Source: a virus
Lineage: Duplodnaviria > Caudoviricetes
Virus record (IMG/VR): IMGVR_UViG_3300037424_001210
Coordinates: 1 to 24,988 of that record
Strand: one strand, 5' to 3'
DNA: 24,988 nt
Below, in pieces: positions 1-9,478 of this stretch. The notes beneath the pieces are model-generated. The model was not told the origin of the DNA. It made no database searches and saw nothing but the letters and a program-made list of their open reading frames with translations. Numbering within the stretch: the stretch's first letter is position 1; the number at the start of each line of letters is the position of its first letter. The translations under genes were made by a program, and so were the position numbers.

Positions 1-833
1 TTGTGGAAGGTTTCCGGACCCTTGCATCCCAACTTGTACAGGCAGTACCCCAGCCGATGCCCCTGGTCACCGAAGCGCTCCGCATACTGGCCGGCATCGA
101 AATGCCCCCGGCGTTCGCAGTTGTCGTGGATGCGCTTGCCGTAGGCAAAGAGGGGGCGGTCCAGGCGATCCACCGCTGGCAGGGTACCGAAAGTGAGAAA
201 ATGCACGATCGTCGCGGTGAGATTTTCGGTGTTGGGGGGACAACCCGGCAGGCGGAGATAGTTCTTGATCTCGGGGACCGCCTCTTTCAGTGGGGTGGCG
301 CCGGTCGGATTGGGAGCCGCATGCTGCACGCCGCCATAGGAGGAGCAGGTCCCGACGGAAATGACAGCCGCGGCCTGGGTGCAGACCTGACGGGCGATAT
401 CCAAAGCCGAGCGACCGCCGATGGTGCAGAATCCGTCCCCGCCGAGGGGAATTTCGCCATCCACCAGAACCAGGTACTGCCCCTTGTATTTCTCGACCGC
501 CTGGTTGCGGGCTTCCTCGGCCTGATGCCCGGCCGCCGCCATAATGGTGTCATGGCTTTCCACCACGATGGTGTCCAGCAGAAGGTCGGTGATCGGCGGC
601 TGATAGGAGCGCAGCAAGGCCTCCGTACATCCCGCGCAGGCCTGGAATTCCAGCCAGATGACCGGTAGACGTTTATCCTCCAGCGCCCGGGCTATTTTGG
701 GCAGGAAGGTCATCGGCAGGGCCAGGGTGGCGGTCATGGCCGTGCAGAACTTGATGAAATCCCGCCGGCTGATCCCGCGCGACTCCCACTTTTCCAGGAC
801 TTCTTCCGGAACGACTTCGGGCGTCTCTTCCAT
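1..833 (-). CDS. [NiFe]-hydrogenase small subunit (group 1, HyaA/HybO-like), Tat-exported; runs off the left edge
   Basis: Translated by hand; it is missing from the ORF track because it has no stop in the window. MEETPEVVPEEVLEKWESRGISRRDFIKFCTAMTATLALP contains a twin-arginine signal (SRRDFIK), followed by PVIWLEFQACAGCTEALLRS (proximal Fe-S CxxC motif) and SHDTIMAAAGHQAE. An AGGAG RBS precedes the ATG at 833. Confidence 0.95.
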   Translation of the reverse strand, partial: MEETPEVVPEEVLEKWESRGISRRDFIKFCTAMTATLALPMTFLPKIARALEDKRLPVIWLEFQACAGCTEALLRSYQPPITDLLLDTIVVESHDTIMAAAGHQAEEARNQAVEKYKGQYLVLVDGEIPLGGDGFCTIGGRSALDIARQVCTQAAAVISVGTCSSYGGVQHAAPNPTGATPLKEAVPEIKNYLRLPGCPPNTENLTATIVHFLTFGTLPAVDRLDRPLFAYGKRIHDNCERRGHFDAGQYAERFGDQGHRLGYCLYKLGCKGPETFH

Positions 834-1006
834 GAATTCACTCCTCTGGGCCCCGAAGGAACGGGGAGTCATACGAGCATTGAGCCCTCCTTTTTCTGTG
901 CTTTGCTGCCCAGTATAAAACGCGTTTGAAAAACAACAAGCCGGCCCCGGAGATTAGGAGCGAACCGCCCTTCCCTCCTCTTCAACTCTGGAGGGGCAAA
1001 AGCCTC

Positions 1007-1035
1007 TTGCTTTTCGATTTATTTCATGGTATTCG
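1007..1035 (+). promoter_or_regulatory. Possible sigma70 promoter of the tRNA
   Basis: TTGCTT, 17-bp spacer, then TATTCG preceded by TG (extended -10), about 30 bp upstream of the tRNA. The -10 match is weak. Confidence 0.35.
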
Positions 1036-1065
1036 TTGCGCCCTGTTGTTCGGGAGGACCAGTGT

Positions 1066-1144
<79 letters not shown>

Positions 1145-1148
1145 AATC

Positions 1149-1182
1149 AAGGGGTTAGCCGATTGGCTAGCCCCTTTTTTTT
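1149..1182 (+). terminator. Rho-independent terminator after tRNA-Pro
   Basis: AGGGGTTAGCC-GATT-GGCTAGCCCCT stem-loop followed by a T-tract. Confidence 0.85.
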
Positions 1183-1187
1183 GTGAA

Positions 1188-1209
1188 AATGTCAGACAAT
1201 GTCAGACAT
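1188..1209. repeat. Tandem 10-bp repeat AATGTCAGAC x2; candidate integrase arm-type or Xis binding sites
   Basis: AATGTCAGAC at 1188-1197 and 1198-1207; ATGTC-A-GACAT (1199-1209) is also palindromic. It lies between the tRNA terminator and the last phage gene. Confidence 0.55.
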
Positions 1210-1237
1210 CGAGCGGGTGAATGGGATGCGGGACGGC

Positions 1238-3775
1238 CTACATAGCGCCGATGGGCGTGATGGCTTGATTGCTTTCGATGCCGAGCAGAGTGGTCAGGGT
1301 GCCGCTGGTCAGGGTGGCATGGATGGTTCCGGGCCAGTCCTGCCCCAGATAATTGTAGCCGTTTAAAGCGACCGGGATGCTGGTGAGGATCAGGGTTTTG
1401 TCGGCGGGATAAAAGGCCGCAGTGCCAGCGACGTTGATCGCACCGACGCTGGCTCTTTCGTAGTCCTGTGGGCCGAACTCGGTGATGGTTACCGTCGAGA
1501 TTGGCGTCATTTCCGACAATTCGAGCACATCGAAAAGATAAGTACTTTCGACTGGCGTCGGCACCGGGGCGGTGACGACGCTGCTGCCGGTCAGATTTTC
1601 CGTATAATCAAGGCCGCCGATGTAAAAAGAAGCATCCTGCCCGGTCGTGACGGTTCCTGTCGCCGCTGGGTCGCCGTTCTCTTCATAAAAATCGACTGAG
1701 CTGGTATCGATGCTCGACTCCGTTATATCCGCCGGAAACACGCCGCTGCGCAAATCCAGGAAGGAGAGCGCGAAACGGCGAGTGACGGCCGCTCCCGAGC
1801 TGGTTAAAACCAAAGCTGCAAGGGATGCCGTTGTGCTTAGGCTGCTGGCGACAGACATCACGGTGATGCCGGAGATAACAAGGTTGACGGTGGCGGCCAT
1901 TTCGACGTTCTGCGTACCCGAAACGTCGTAAATAAACCCGCCGCTGAGAACACCGAGCCCATTGAGTGTTACCGACTGCAACGAGTCATAGGTGATGCTT
2001 CCCACTATTTCCACATCTCCGGAATAATCGAAAAACTGCATGGTCTTCAGCCATTCATCGGTTATTGTTTCATTTATCTCGTAATCTATCGGCTGCGGCC
2101 CGGCGGCGGCAAAAGTGCGGTCTATTGCCTCGCGGTGATAACGCGTACCGGCCGCGCCCAGGTCGGTGACGGTGGCCGTCTCATTTATCCAATCGATGAC
2201 CATTTTTATTTTATGGTATTCGGTGAGCCAGCCGTAGGTGGTGCCGTGATAGGCATAGACCATCCGCACGGCCAGGCCTTCTGTTCCAGATGCATTAAAA
2301 AACCACGGCGACTGATTTGCTCCGAGGGCAAACGGGGACGGCTGGTAATAGCTGCTGGTTGCGATATCGCGCTGGTTGACGGCGCCTGACGTGGTCACGT
2401 CAAAGACTGAAACCGTTTCGTTTCCGGGCGCAGCAGTGCCGGAGACGACAACCATCCTGGTGCTGCCATCCTCAGTGTGCAGTGCCGCGCCGGCAATGCG
2501 GGTTCCGCCAATCGTCGCCAGCGTTTTCCCGTGGCGGTAGATCGTGCCATTGAACAGCGCTGTGACGGTCGCATACAGCGGCAAAGTGCCGGCACTAATA
2601 ACGTCGGCGAGCGTGGTTTCTTCCGGCAGCGGTGCAAGCACGCGGACGATGCGCGTCGGCGGTGTCGAATAGCCGTACCCCGCGACTTGGGCGTACACCA
2701 GGCCCGGAATGATGGCGGTTATGTCACCCGGATCGGCATAATTGCCAGTATCGAAGTGCCGGGTCGGCACGCCCCACCAGCTCAGCACCGAATCGCCGGT
2801 GCCGCGCCAATCGATATTGCCGAAAAGCAGCTCGCGGGTTGCCGCTTGCCAGATGCCAGAAACTCTTTTTATGTTTGTCGTCGTGCCGTCCGGAAGGGTA
2901 CAAGCCAAACCATGCGCGGCGCACGACTTTGGCGCCGATTCGAAGCCGATAACCACCGGGTTTGTCCACAGCCGGTTGTCGAATTGGATGATCACCCGAT
3001 CGCCGACGGTGAAGGCGGCGCCGTGGCAATCCATGTAGAGGATGCTGGCGGTGACGCTGGCGGTCTGGTTGACGTTGATATTTTGCGCGCTGGAGAGGGC
3101 GGCATCGAGCAGCACGGTGCAGCTATTGCCGTCAATGGCGGTGATGGCACCGAGTCGATACTGCGGCGCCCATTTATGCACACCGGGAAGGATGGCGCGG
3201 GCGTGAAGTGCTTCGGCGGCACCGAGGGCGATCGGCGGTTTGAGGATGCCGTCGCGGGCGGCGTCGTAAACCGCCGCGCCCTCGTAGCCTGGGCGGATGG
3301 TGACCGCCGGGCCGCTGCTGACGCGCTCGCCGGGTACTTCGACGGTGCCAACGCTGCCGGTCAGATCTTCAGTCAGGTCGGCGCACCAGGCCGATACGGT
3401 CGGATCTTCGGAGAGCAGGTTGGCGGCGATGTACTCGAACCTTTTTTGCAGCGCTGTTTTGCGCAGGGTGAGGATGTTCTTTTGTGCCCGGTCGCTGCCC
3501 ATGGCCGCCAGGGCTTCGATCGCCTCGCGGCTGGCGGTCTTGATCGTGGCTGGATCGCCGCCGGCGATGGCCGCCGACAGCACCTGCTGGGCGTAATCGT
3601 ACTGGAAAACGCTATTGTCGTAGCTGGCGCCGGCGGCCGGCATGAGGGTGTCGTCGATCTCGGCGAGCAGACGCATCAGCTCGGTGCGCTCGGCCTCGAT
3701 GCGCGTGCGGTTGTAGCCGAGGCGCACCTGGTACAAACCATCGGCGCCGCCGCTGATGATCGTCCCCTTGCCCAT
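1238..3775 (-). CDS. Large tail-tip / host-specificity protein (about 845 aa)
   Basis: Likely start MGKGTIISGG at 3775 (TAATG overlap with the upstream gene). N-terminal helical region, a spike-like segment (LGAITAIDGNSCTVLLD...FTVGDRVIIQF) and a long Thr/Gly beta-rich C-terminus. Last gene of the tail module. Confidence 0.65.
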   Translation of the reverse strand: MGKGTIISGGADGLYQVRLGYNRTRIEAERTELMRLLAEIDDTLMPAAGASYDNSVFQYDYAQQVLSAAIAGGDPATIKTASREAIEALAAMGSDRAQKNILTLRKTALQKRFEYIAANLLSEDPTVSAWCADLTEDLTGSVGTVEVPGERVSSGPAVTIRPGYEGAAVYDAARDGILKPPIALGAAEALHARAILPGVHKWAPQYRLGAITAIDGNSCTVLLDAALSSAQNINVNQTASVTASILYMDCHGAAFTVGDRVIIQFDNRLWTNPVVIGFESAPKSCAAHGLACTLPDGTTTNIKRVSGIWQAATRELLFGNIDWRGTGDSVLSWWGVPTRHFDTGNYADPGDITAIIPGLVYAQVAGYGYSTPPTRIVRVLAPLPEETTLADVISAGTLPLYATVTALFNGTIYRHGKTLATIGGTRIAGAALHTEDGSTRMVVVSGTAAPGNETVSVFDVTTSGAVNQRDIATSSYYQPSPFALGANQSPWFFNASGTEGLAVRMVYAYHGTTYGWLTEYHKIKMVIDWINETATVTDLGAAGTRYHREAIDRTFAAAGPQPIDYEINETITDEWLKTMQFFDYSGDVEIVGSITYDSLQSVTLNGLGVLSGGFIYDVSGTQNVEMAATVNLVISGITVMSVASSLSTTASLAALVLTSSGAAVTRRFALSFLDLRSGVFPADITESSIDTSSVDFYEENGDPAATGTVTTGQDASFYIGGLDYTENLTGSSVVTAPVPTPVESTYLFDVLELSEMTPISTVTITEFGPQDYERASVGAINVAGTAAFYPADKTLILTSIPVALNGYNYLGQDWPGTIHATLTSGTLTTLLGIESNQAITPIGAM

Positions 3776-5238
3776 TACGCCGCCGCCTCTTGCACTTCCA
3801 TGAACGCCTGGCTGGTGCCGACGTAATAATTGATGCTGCCGACGGTGAAGGAGGTCGCGCCGTCGATGGCGGTATCGCCCGGGTCCAAAAACAGATCGAC
3901 GCTGCAGCGCACCCGGCGCCGGCCCTGCGAGATGTTGCGATATTGAATGCCGGAGAGGGTGCGGGGTTTCGCGGCGCCGGCGGTCACGGCCTGATATCCG
4001 GTCAGGCTGGCGGTGGCCGAGCGCTCTCCCTCGTCGGTGCGGATCTCGGACAGGGTGACGGCGGCGATGATCTCCGATTGCTCGATGCCCTGATAGCGAT
4101 AGCCCTTGCGGATCTGCAGCGTGCCGGCCGCGCGGGCGGCGATTTCGTCGGCGTATTCGTTGGCGTTCGGCACCTGGCATGAAAGATACGAGGGCGTGTC
4201 GAGGTTCATCGTCGCCTGGAAACTGGCCAGCGGCAGCAGGATCGGGCCGGCGCCGCCGGTCAGGGTGAGGGTGTAGAAAGCCTGCAGCAGTTCGGGGCGC
4301 CGCGCCGCCAACCAGTCGTGATAACCGGTGGCGGCGGCGACATCCGCGCCTTCGGTAAACGCGGCCGAGCCGAACTGTTCGACAAAATAGCCGGCGGCTG
4401 CTGCCACGTCGGAGGCCTCGGTGAGTGCTGCGCTGCCGGCTACCAGGGCATAGCCGGCGGCGGCAACCGCATCGGCGGCCTCAAGGATGGCGGCGGTGCC
4501 GGTCATCAGCGGATAATGCGTGCCGGCGGCTGCGGCGGTGTCGGCGGCCTCAAGGATGGCGGCGGTGCCGGTGGGCGGGTTCCCCTCGGCATAGAGGGCG
4601 GCGATGTCGTCGGCGGCCAGAACGCGCTCGTAGAGCCGGAAAATATCGACCTTGCCGCTGAGGCTGTTGGTTGCATCCGGTCCGCTGACCCAGCGCTGGT
4701 AGGTGGTGCCGATGGTTAGCGGCGCGCTCGTCGTCACCGGAAACGACATGGTCGGCGTGACTTCGTACACCTTGACGTTGTCGATCCAGAGCTGGATCAG
4801 GCTTTGATTGACAACGATGACGCAGTGGAAGAACGTGCCGGTGATCCCGGCGGCGGTATAGCTGCCCTTGATGGCGGCGCTGTTATCCCGAAACTGAAAA
4901 ACAATCTGGTCGGTCGTCGACTTGTGCAGGTCGATAAAGGGCAGGTGCGAGTTGTTGTCGTCCTGCGCAAAGAGGATGTACTTGTTGGTTGCCGTGGACT
5001 GCATCAGAACCCACAGGCTGATGGTGCAGGGGCCCTTGAGTGCTTTCATTGCCAGGGCATCCGCCAGGACGACGTAATCGCCCGAACCGTCGAAACTGAG
5101 CGCCTGCCCGATCTTGCCGGCCGCCTGCACCGCCCCGGTGATCGTGCCGTTATACGCAGCGGTTTCGTCAACGAGGGTCGCCCCGCTGACGTTGTCCATC
5201 GTGTAATGCGCGATCAGGTTGCTGATGATGTCCGACAT
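3775..5238 (-). CDS. Tail protein with N-terminal LamG/concanavalin-A-like domain and Ala-rich repeats
   Basis: NLIAHYTMD...GKIGQALSFDGSGDYV...TISLWV...FHCVIV...LWIDN...GKVDIFRLYERVLAADDIAALY is a typical Laminin_G_3 pattern, followed by four G(T/S)AA(I/L/F)xE(A/G)xD repeats. Confidence 0.8.
   Translation of the reverse strand: MSDIISNLIAHYTMDNVSGATLVDETAAYNGTITGAVQAAGKIGQALSFDGSGDYVVLADALAMKALKGPCTISLWVLMQSTATNKYILFAQDDNNSHLPFIDLHKSTTDQIVFQFRDNSAAIKGSYTAAGITGTFFHCVIVVNQSLIQLWIDNVKVYEVTPTMSFPVTTSAPLTIGTTYQRWVSGPDATNSLSGKVDIFRLYERVLAADDIAALYAEGNPPTGTAAILEAADTAAAAGTHYPLMTGTAAILEAADAVAAAGYALVAGSAALTEASDVAAAAGYFVEQFGSAAFTEGADVAAATGYHDWLAARRPELLQAFYTLTLTGGAGPILLPLASFQATMNLDTPSYLSCQVPNANEYADEIAARAAGTLQIRKGYRYQGIEQSEIIAAVTLSEIRTDEGERSATASLTGYQAVTAGAAKPRTLSGIQYRNISQGRRRVRCSVDLFLDPGDTAIDGATSFTVGSINYYVGTSQAFMEVQEAAA
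4472..4572. repeat. 32-bp direct repeat within the LamG tail gene
   Basis: TCGGCGGCCTCAAGGATGGCGGCGGTGCCGGT at 4472-4503 and 4541-4572, encoding TGTAAILEAAD twice; more diverged copies lie to the left. Confidence 0.85.
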
Positions 5239-5256
5239 GGCTTGGCCCTGGCTGTT

Positions 5257-5655
5257 TTACGCGTTGCCGGCGGTGATGGTAAACGAGGTGATGCTGATCG
5301 GGCCACCGGCGACAATGCTGACCGTGTTCAGGATGATGTCGGCCGCCGAGGTGCCGACGGTGAAATCGGCGCAGAAAGCCCCGGTGCTGTCGAGGGCGCG
5401 CGCCCAGACGGCGGTGCCGGTGGCATCGGCGGCGGCGTCCTGGGTGATCGCGGCGAAGGTCAGCACGCCGGTCGCCACCGTGCCGCAGGGGTCGGATAAG
5501 GTCAGGGTACCGAGCAGCGTCTCGGTCGTAATCGCCGCCCCGGTCGCCGGTTTTGGCCCGGTGTAGAATTTCAGCGTGCCGGCACCGGCACCGCCGTCGA
5601 TGGCGTCGACAAGCAGTTGCAGGCGGGCGTTGCGCATGGCGACAGGCAGGTTCAT
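5257..5655 (-). CDS. Phage virion/tail structural protein (132 aa)
   Basis: LKFYTGPKPAT...LLGTLTL...ADATGTAVWAR is a pattern I recognise from small phage tail-region proteins; AAGGAG RBS. Confidence 0.65.
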   Translation of the reverse strand: MNLPVAMRNARLQLLVDAIDGGAGAGTLKFYTGPKPATGAAITTETLLGTLTLSDPCGTVATGVLTFAAITQDAAADATGTAVWARALDSTGAFCADFTVGTSAADIILNTVSIVAGGPISITSFTITAGNA

Positions 5656-5667
5656 GGAAGATCTCCT

Positions 5668-6015
5668 TTACGTGGTCAGTTTTTCTTTTACCAGCAGACG
5701 CATTTCGAGTGTCTGCCCGTCGTCGGTCAGCGCTTCGGGCGCGGCGAGAAAGAGGCCGGCAGAGGTGGCGATGAGGAGCAGCGAATAGGTTTCGAGAAGG
5801 TAGGCGGCCGATTCGGACTCGTCCGCCGTCGGGTTTTCGTGGACGAGGCCGATGGTGCGGTCGGCATCGGCAAAACCGTTGTCGGTGATCTCGCAGCCGC
5901 CGTCGAGGGTGGCGACGCGGCTGACGCGGCGGCTGCGGTCGGCGAGCTTGCTGCCGGTGGCGGCGAGCGGCAGGGTGCCGTCGAGATCGAAGGTCGGGGC
6001 GGAGAGGATGATCAT
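5668..6015 (-). CDS. Probable distal tail (Dit-like) protein (115 aa)
   Basis: Immediately after the tape measure gene; RRVSRVATLDGG motif. Assignment is mainly by synteny. Confidence 0.5.
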   Translation of the reverse strand: MIILSAPTFDLDGTLPLAATGSKLADRSRRVSRVATLDGGCEITDNGFADADRTIGLVHENPTADESESAAYLLETYSLLLIATSAGLFLAAPEALTDDGQTLEMRLLVKEKLTT

Positions 6016-6018
6016 CGG

Positions 6019-7725
6019 TTAAACTCCGTCATAGCCGAGCAGGAGGTCGCCGCCTTCGCCAGAGACGCGGATCTGGATGGCGTGCAGGATCTCGAACATG
6101 AACGCTTCAAGGTGCGGCTGCAGGCCGGCGCCGTCGATCTTGATCAGGGCATCGCCGCGGCGCATGGCTTCGAGTTTGAGTTTGACCAGGTCGGTCTGCA
6201 CTTTGTTGTAGTCGATTGTCGATTGTATAAGCCCGGCCTGCATATCCTGCTCGCGTTTTAGCGCCTCTTGAATAAACTTGCTGCCGACACTGACGCCGTC
6301 CATCTTGGACAAGGCATTGGCCAGACCGACGATGGTTTGCCCGGTGCTTTCGACACTCTTGCTGGTCGATTCGAAGGCGGCTTGAATGCGCTTGGTGTCG
6401 GCTTCGACCTGCGCGGTCTTAAAATCGATCACCATCTCGATCTTCTTGATGCGCTCGTTGCTGGCGATCTTTTCAAATTCGAGCGCCAGTTTTGCCGCCT
6501 CTTGCCGCTGTTTGTCGATGGCGGCGGCGGCTTTTTCTCTTTCTGCGGTCAGTTTTTTTTCTTCGTCTGCAACCTTTTTCTCTTCAACGGCTACTTTAAA
6601 AAGTTCGCTGCCAAAATTCGCGGTTTCCTCACCAAGCTTTTGGGTTTCCTCGGCGGACAGTGCCGCTGCTGCCGTGACCTCACCGATGGCCGTTGCGTTC
6701 TTTTTCGCGGCAAGAGCGGTGTTTTCGATATTGCCGGACAACACATTCCAGCCGTTAGCGAGATCCTTGTCGGAGGCCGCCTTCATTTCGAAAGCAGCCT
6801 TTTTTGCAGCGGCAGCCGAAGCGTGGAGCGTCGCCGCCAGCTCGTCAGCACCTACCAGCCCGGACAATTCGGCAAACGTTTCGATCAGCATAAAAAACGC
6901 GGCATTTGCTCCCGCCGCGACCGCCTCGAAACCGCCGACAACCAGCCCGAGCACGCCGAGCAGACCGACCTTGATCCCCTCGGCCAGATCGCCGAGCTTG
7001 GCCTGCAACTGCTGCACTCTGAGCGCTGTGCCGCCGGTGGCATTGCCGGTGTTTTCGATAATGGTCTGCCCGGCCGCCATGACCGCATTGAAAAACGCTT
7101 GCTTTTTCTCCGCGTCGGTCAGGTCTTTGGCCAGCTTGCCGACCGATGTGGCGTATTGTTCGTTTGCCTTCTCGATATCGACAATAATGCCGAGGTTGTC
7201 GAGAATCAGTTTCGACTGCCGCGCCGTACCGGTGACGATATCGTCGAACGACTTGGTCACCGTGTCGCCGGTGGCCTTGCTGGCGGCGACGGCGATTTTT
7301 AGCAGATTTTCCAGTTCTTTGGCGGGGATGCCAAGGAGCATCGCTTTCGATGCCGAGTTGATGATGTCTTTGGTGCTCAGCGCCCCCTCGGACACCCGCT
7401 TCAGACTGCCGACAAGCGAGTCGGCAGTCGTGCCATAGGTTGCAGAGAGGTTTTCGAAGGCGGTTCGCTGCTGAAGGATCTGCGCGCCTTCGAGCGCCGC
7501 CCCCCAGGCTTGCCCGATAACGACAACGGCGGCGGCGATGGCCGCGGTGGCAGCGAGATAATTCTGCTTGAACTTCTCAATCAGCCCGATGCGCTTGCCG
7601 GTGTTGGCTTCATCGTCATCGGCGATTTTCTTACCGACCCCCTCGGCTGTGCCAGACAACGATTTTAAAACAGCACTGGCCTGGTCGTCGGCTGTGAGCA
7701 GGAGCTGAACAGTTTTATCGCTCAT
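6019..7725 (-). CDS. Tail tape measure protein (568 aa)
   Basis: Typical N-terminus MSDKTVQLLLTADDQAS, Ala/Lys-rich helical sequence, RQSKLILDNLGI motif, hydrophobic stretches; follows the tail chaperone genes. Confidence 0.88.
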   Translation of the reverse strand: MSDKTVQLLLTADDQASAVLKSLSGTAEGVGKKIADDDEANTGKRIGLIEKFKQNYLAATAAIAAAVVVIGQAWGAALEGAQILQQRTAFENLSATYGTTADSLVGSLKRVSEGALSTKDIINSASKAMLLGIPAKELENLLKIAVAASKATGDTVTKSFDDIVTGTARQSKLILDNLGIIVDIEKANEQYATSVGKLAKDLTDAEKKQAFFNAVMAAGQTIIENTGNATGGTALRVQQLQAKLGDLAEGIKVGLLGVLGLVVGGFEAVAAGANAAFFMLIETFAELSGLVGADELAATLHASAAAAKKAAFEMKAASDKDLANGWNVLSGNIENTALAAKKNATAIGEVTAAAALSAEETQKLGEETANFGSELFKVAVEEKKVADEEKKLTAEREKAAAAIDKQRQEAAKLALEFEKIASNERIKKIEMVIDFKTAQVEADTKRIQAAFESTSKSVESTGQTIVGLANALSKMDGVSVGSKFIQEALKREQDMQAGLIQSTIDYNKVQTDLVKLKLEAMRRGDALIKIDGAGLQPHLEAFMFEILHAIQIRVSGEGGDLLLGYDGV

Positions 7726-7889
7726 GTCTGCGCCTTCTTCTGCTTATAGTAGAGTTCCCACAAATCGACTTCGACGTCTGAAAGGTAGGGTGGCAGCAAG
7801 TCCGGAAGCAGGGCAAAAAGCGGCTGCTTCCACATGTGGGCCAGGCTGAGGGCGTTCTGCACCCGAGGCAACGACCACAGCCACGCTAC
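7722..7889 (-). CDS. gpT-like C-terminal extension of the tail assembly chaperone, reached by -1 frameshift
   Basis: The -1 frame after GGGAAAG reads GKVAWLWSLPRVQNALSLAHMWKQPLFALLPDLLPPYLSDVEVDLWELYYKQKKAQT*; its TGA overlaps the tape measure ATG (ATGA). Confidence 0.8.
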   Translation of the reverse strand, partial: VAWLWSLPRVQNALSLAHMWKQPLFALLPDLLPPYLSDVEVDLWELYYKQKKAQT

Positions 7890-8332
7890 TTTCCCGGCTG
7901 GTGCCCTACCCCGGTCAACTCCATGACTTTATTGCTCAGGCGGAAGGCCACCTCGGGGTAAAGCTGAAAAAGCTTGACCACCGTCGGCCGGTCAGGTTTG
8001 GGGGCGACTGAGCCGAGCTTGATCAGATCGATGCGCTTTGCCAACTCGCGGGCGCCGTTTTCGTAACCGAGCAGTTCCTTGATGGCACCGGCCACCTCTT
8101 TCGCCGCACCGGCGCAAAGAGCTGCGATGACCCCCTCCGCATTTCTGGCGCGAAAAGCGGACTCCTGCACAACCGCCAGCTCTTCGCCGTTCAGCGCCCG
8201 CAACGACCAGACCGGGTTATCAATCGACTTGCCATCGCTATCCTGAAACCATGCCGCCAATTCGGGCACCGGCTCATCGTGACTGGCCGGGTTCCATTTT
8301 TCGCGGTTAAATTTTGTCGCGTTGAATTCCAT
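7886..8332 (-). CDS. Tail assembly chaperone (gpG-like, 148 aa)
   Basis: Lies between the probable tail tube and tape measure genes; ends PGK* at the slippery site. Confidence 0.8.
   Translation of the reverse strand: MEFNATKFNREKWNPASHDEPVPELAAWFQDSDGKSIDNPVWSLRALNGEELAVVQESAFRARNAEGVIAALCAGAAKEVAGAIKELLGYENGARELAKRIDLIKLGSVAPKPDRPTVVKLFQLYPEVAFRLSNKVMELTGVGHQPGK
7889..7895 (-). other. Programmed -1 ribosomal frameshift site G GGA AAG
   Basis: Same heptamer as the lambda G/GT site, in the correct X XXY YYZ phase directly before the TAG stop. Confidence 0.85.
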
Positions 8333-8349
8333 TGGATATCCTTAAAAAC

Positions 8350-8376
8350 AGGGCGGCCACGGGGGGCCGCCCCTAC
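8350..8376 (-). repeat. GTAG-family REP-like palindrome
   Basis: Minus strand reads GTAGGGGCGGCCCCCCGTGGCCGCCCT (GTAG tetramer plus hairpin); intergenic. Confidence 0.7.
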
Positions 8377-8386
8377 GGGTTTTAAA

Positions 8387-9397
8387 TCAGCCGGCGAACT
8401 CCGCCGACTCGTTTTCGGCGCTGATCGTTACTGCCGCCTGGATCTGGTCGCCGACGGGGAAGGTGCGCTTGAGGCCGATCGTCCCCTGCGAGAGGATGTA
8501 CGGGGCGGTGTCTTTGTCGGGGAAAAACTTCACCGTCAGCACCTCATTTTTGTCGGCGACCAGGGCATCCATGACGCCATCCTCGAGCAGGGCGGTAAAG
8601 CCTCCCTGGCCGAGGCTGCTGGAGGTGCTGCCGATGGTGCCGCGCATGTACTGCTTCGAGGCCACCGAGTGGCTGAGCTCGCAGGGGGTAAAATCTAGGG
8701 CCTTGGAAATTTCGGCGAAGGTCGGCGTGTAATATTGCGCATAGACCTTTTTCGTGATCGGGCCGGTGTGCGCCAGCGGCTGGGCGCTGGCCAGCTCGAC
8801 GAAGGAGTTCGTTTTCGCCGCCACGTCGGCGGCGTTGCCTTCGCCGAGGTTATTGACGCCCCAGACCGGGTAGTCGTAGCGCTCGGCGTGCTGGCCGACG
8901 ATCTGGAAGATCTCGCCGGCGGCGATGACGGCCGAAGCGAAGGCGGTGGTGCGCACCTGGCCGATCTCGACCGAATCGACGGGGATCAGCGGCGGCCCGC
9001 CGGCAGCGGCGCGCGTCTCGGAAAAGGCGGTGCCCTCGGTACCGGTGACCACGGCAACGGCGCCGGCCGAGGTCATGGTGATCGAGTTGATCATATGCGT
9101 CTCGGGAGTGGTGGCGCGGACGATCGTCGCCGTGCCAGCGGCAACCGATTGCAGCACGCCGATGGCGTAGGCGGTGAAGGCGGCGACGGTGACCTTGTCG
9201 GCGTCGGCATGGACGCTGAGCACGTTGCGGCCGGTGACCATGCCGTTCGGGCGGATGACCGGGGCGCGGCCGCTCTTGCCGCTGAAGATGTCGTCGGCGG
9301 GGGTGTAGGTTTTGTGATCGCCGCTGTCGGTGAGGGCGACATAGGGCACCAGGACGGCGCCCTGCTCGAGGTAGATACTGCCGTTTTCTGCGTTCAT
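8387..9397 (-). CDS. Probable major tail (tube) protein (336 aa)
   Basis: Directly upstream of the G/GT chaperone; strong AAGGAG RBS; beta-rich, with a tube-like C-terminus (LTVKFFPDK...QGTIGLKRTFPVGDQIQAAVTIS). Assignment is largely by synteny. Confidence 0.7.
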   Translation of the reverse strand: MNAENGSIYLEQGAVLVPYVALTDSGDHKTYTPADDIFSGKSGRAPVIRPNGMVTGRNVLSVHADADKVTVAAFTAYAIGVLQSVAAGTATIVRATTPETHMINSITMTSAGAVAVVTGTEGTAFSETRAAAGGPPLIPVDSVEIGQVRTTAFASAVIAAGEIFQIVGQHAERYDYPVWGVNNLGEGNAADVAAKTNSFVELASAQPLAHTGPITKKVYAQYYTPTFAEISKALDFTPCELSHSVASKQYMRGTIGSTSSSLGQGGFTALLEDGVMDALVADKNEVLTVKFFPDKDTAPYILSQGTIGLKRTFPVGDQIQAAVTISAENESAEFAG

Positions 9398-9478
9398 GAT
9401 TTACTCCTTGCTCTCCGTCGTCACGACGGTGAAGAGTTGCGGCCCTGCCTCCCGGCGGTCCTTTTGTTTATGTCGTGG

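Noticed and set aside
3-918. Plus-strand ORFs 3..668 and 658..918, and minus-strand ORF 287..553
   Set aside because: Antisense or off-frame shadows of the hydrogenase small subunit gene.
1238-5238. Diversity-generating retroelement or invertible tail-fibre cassette
   Set aside because: No reverse transcriptase, invertase, TR/VR pair or inverted crossover sites seen; the only repeats are short in-frame linker repeats.
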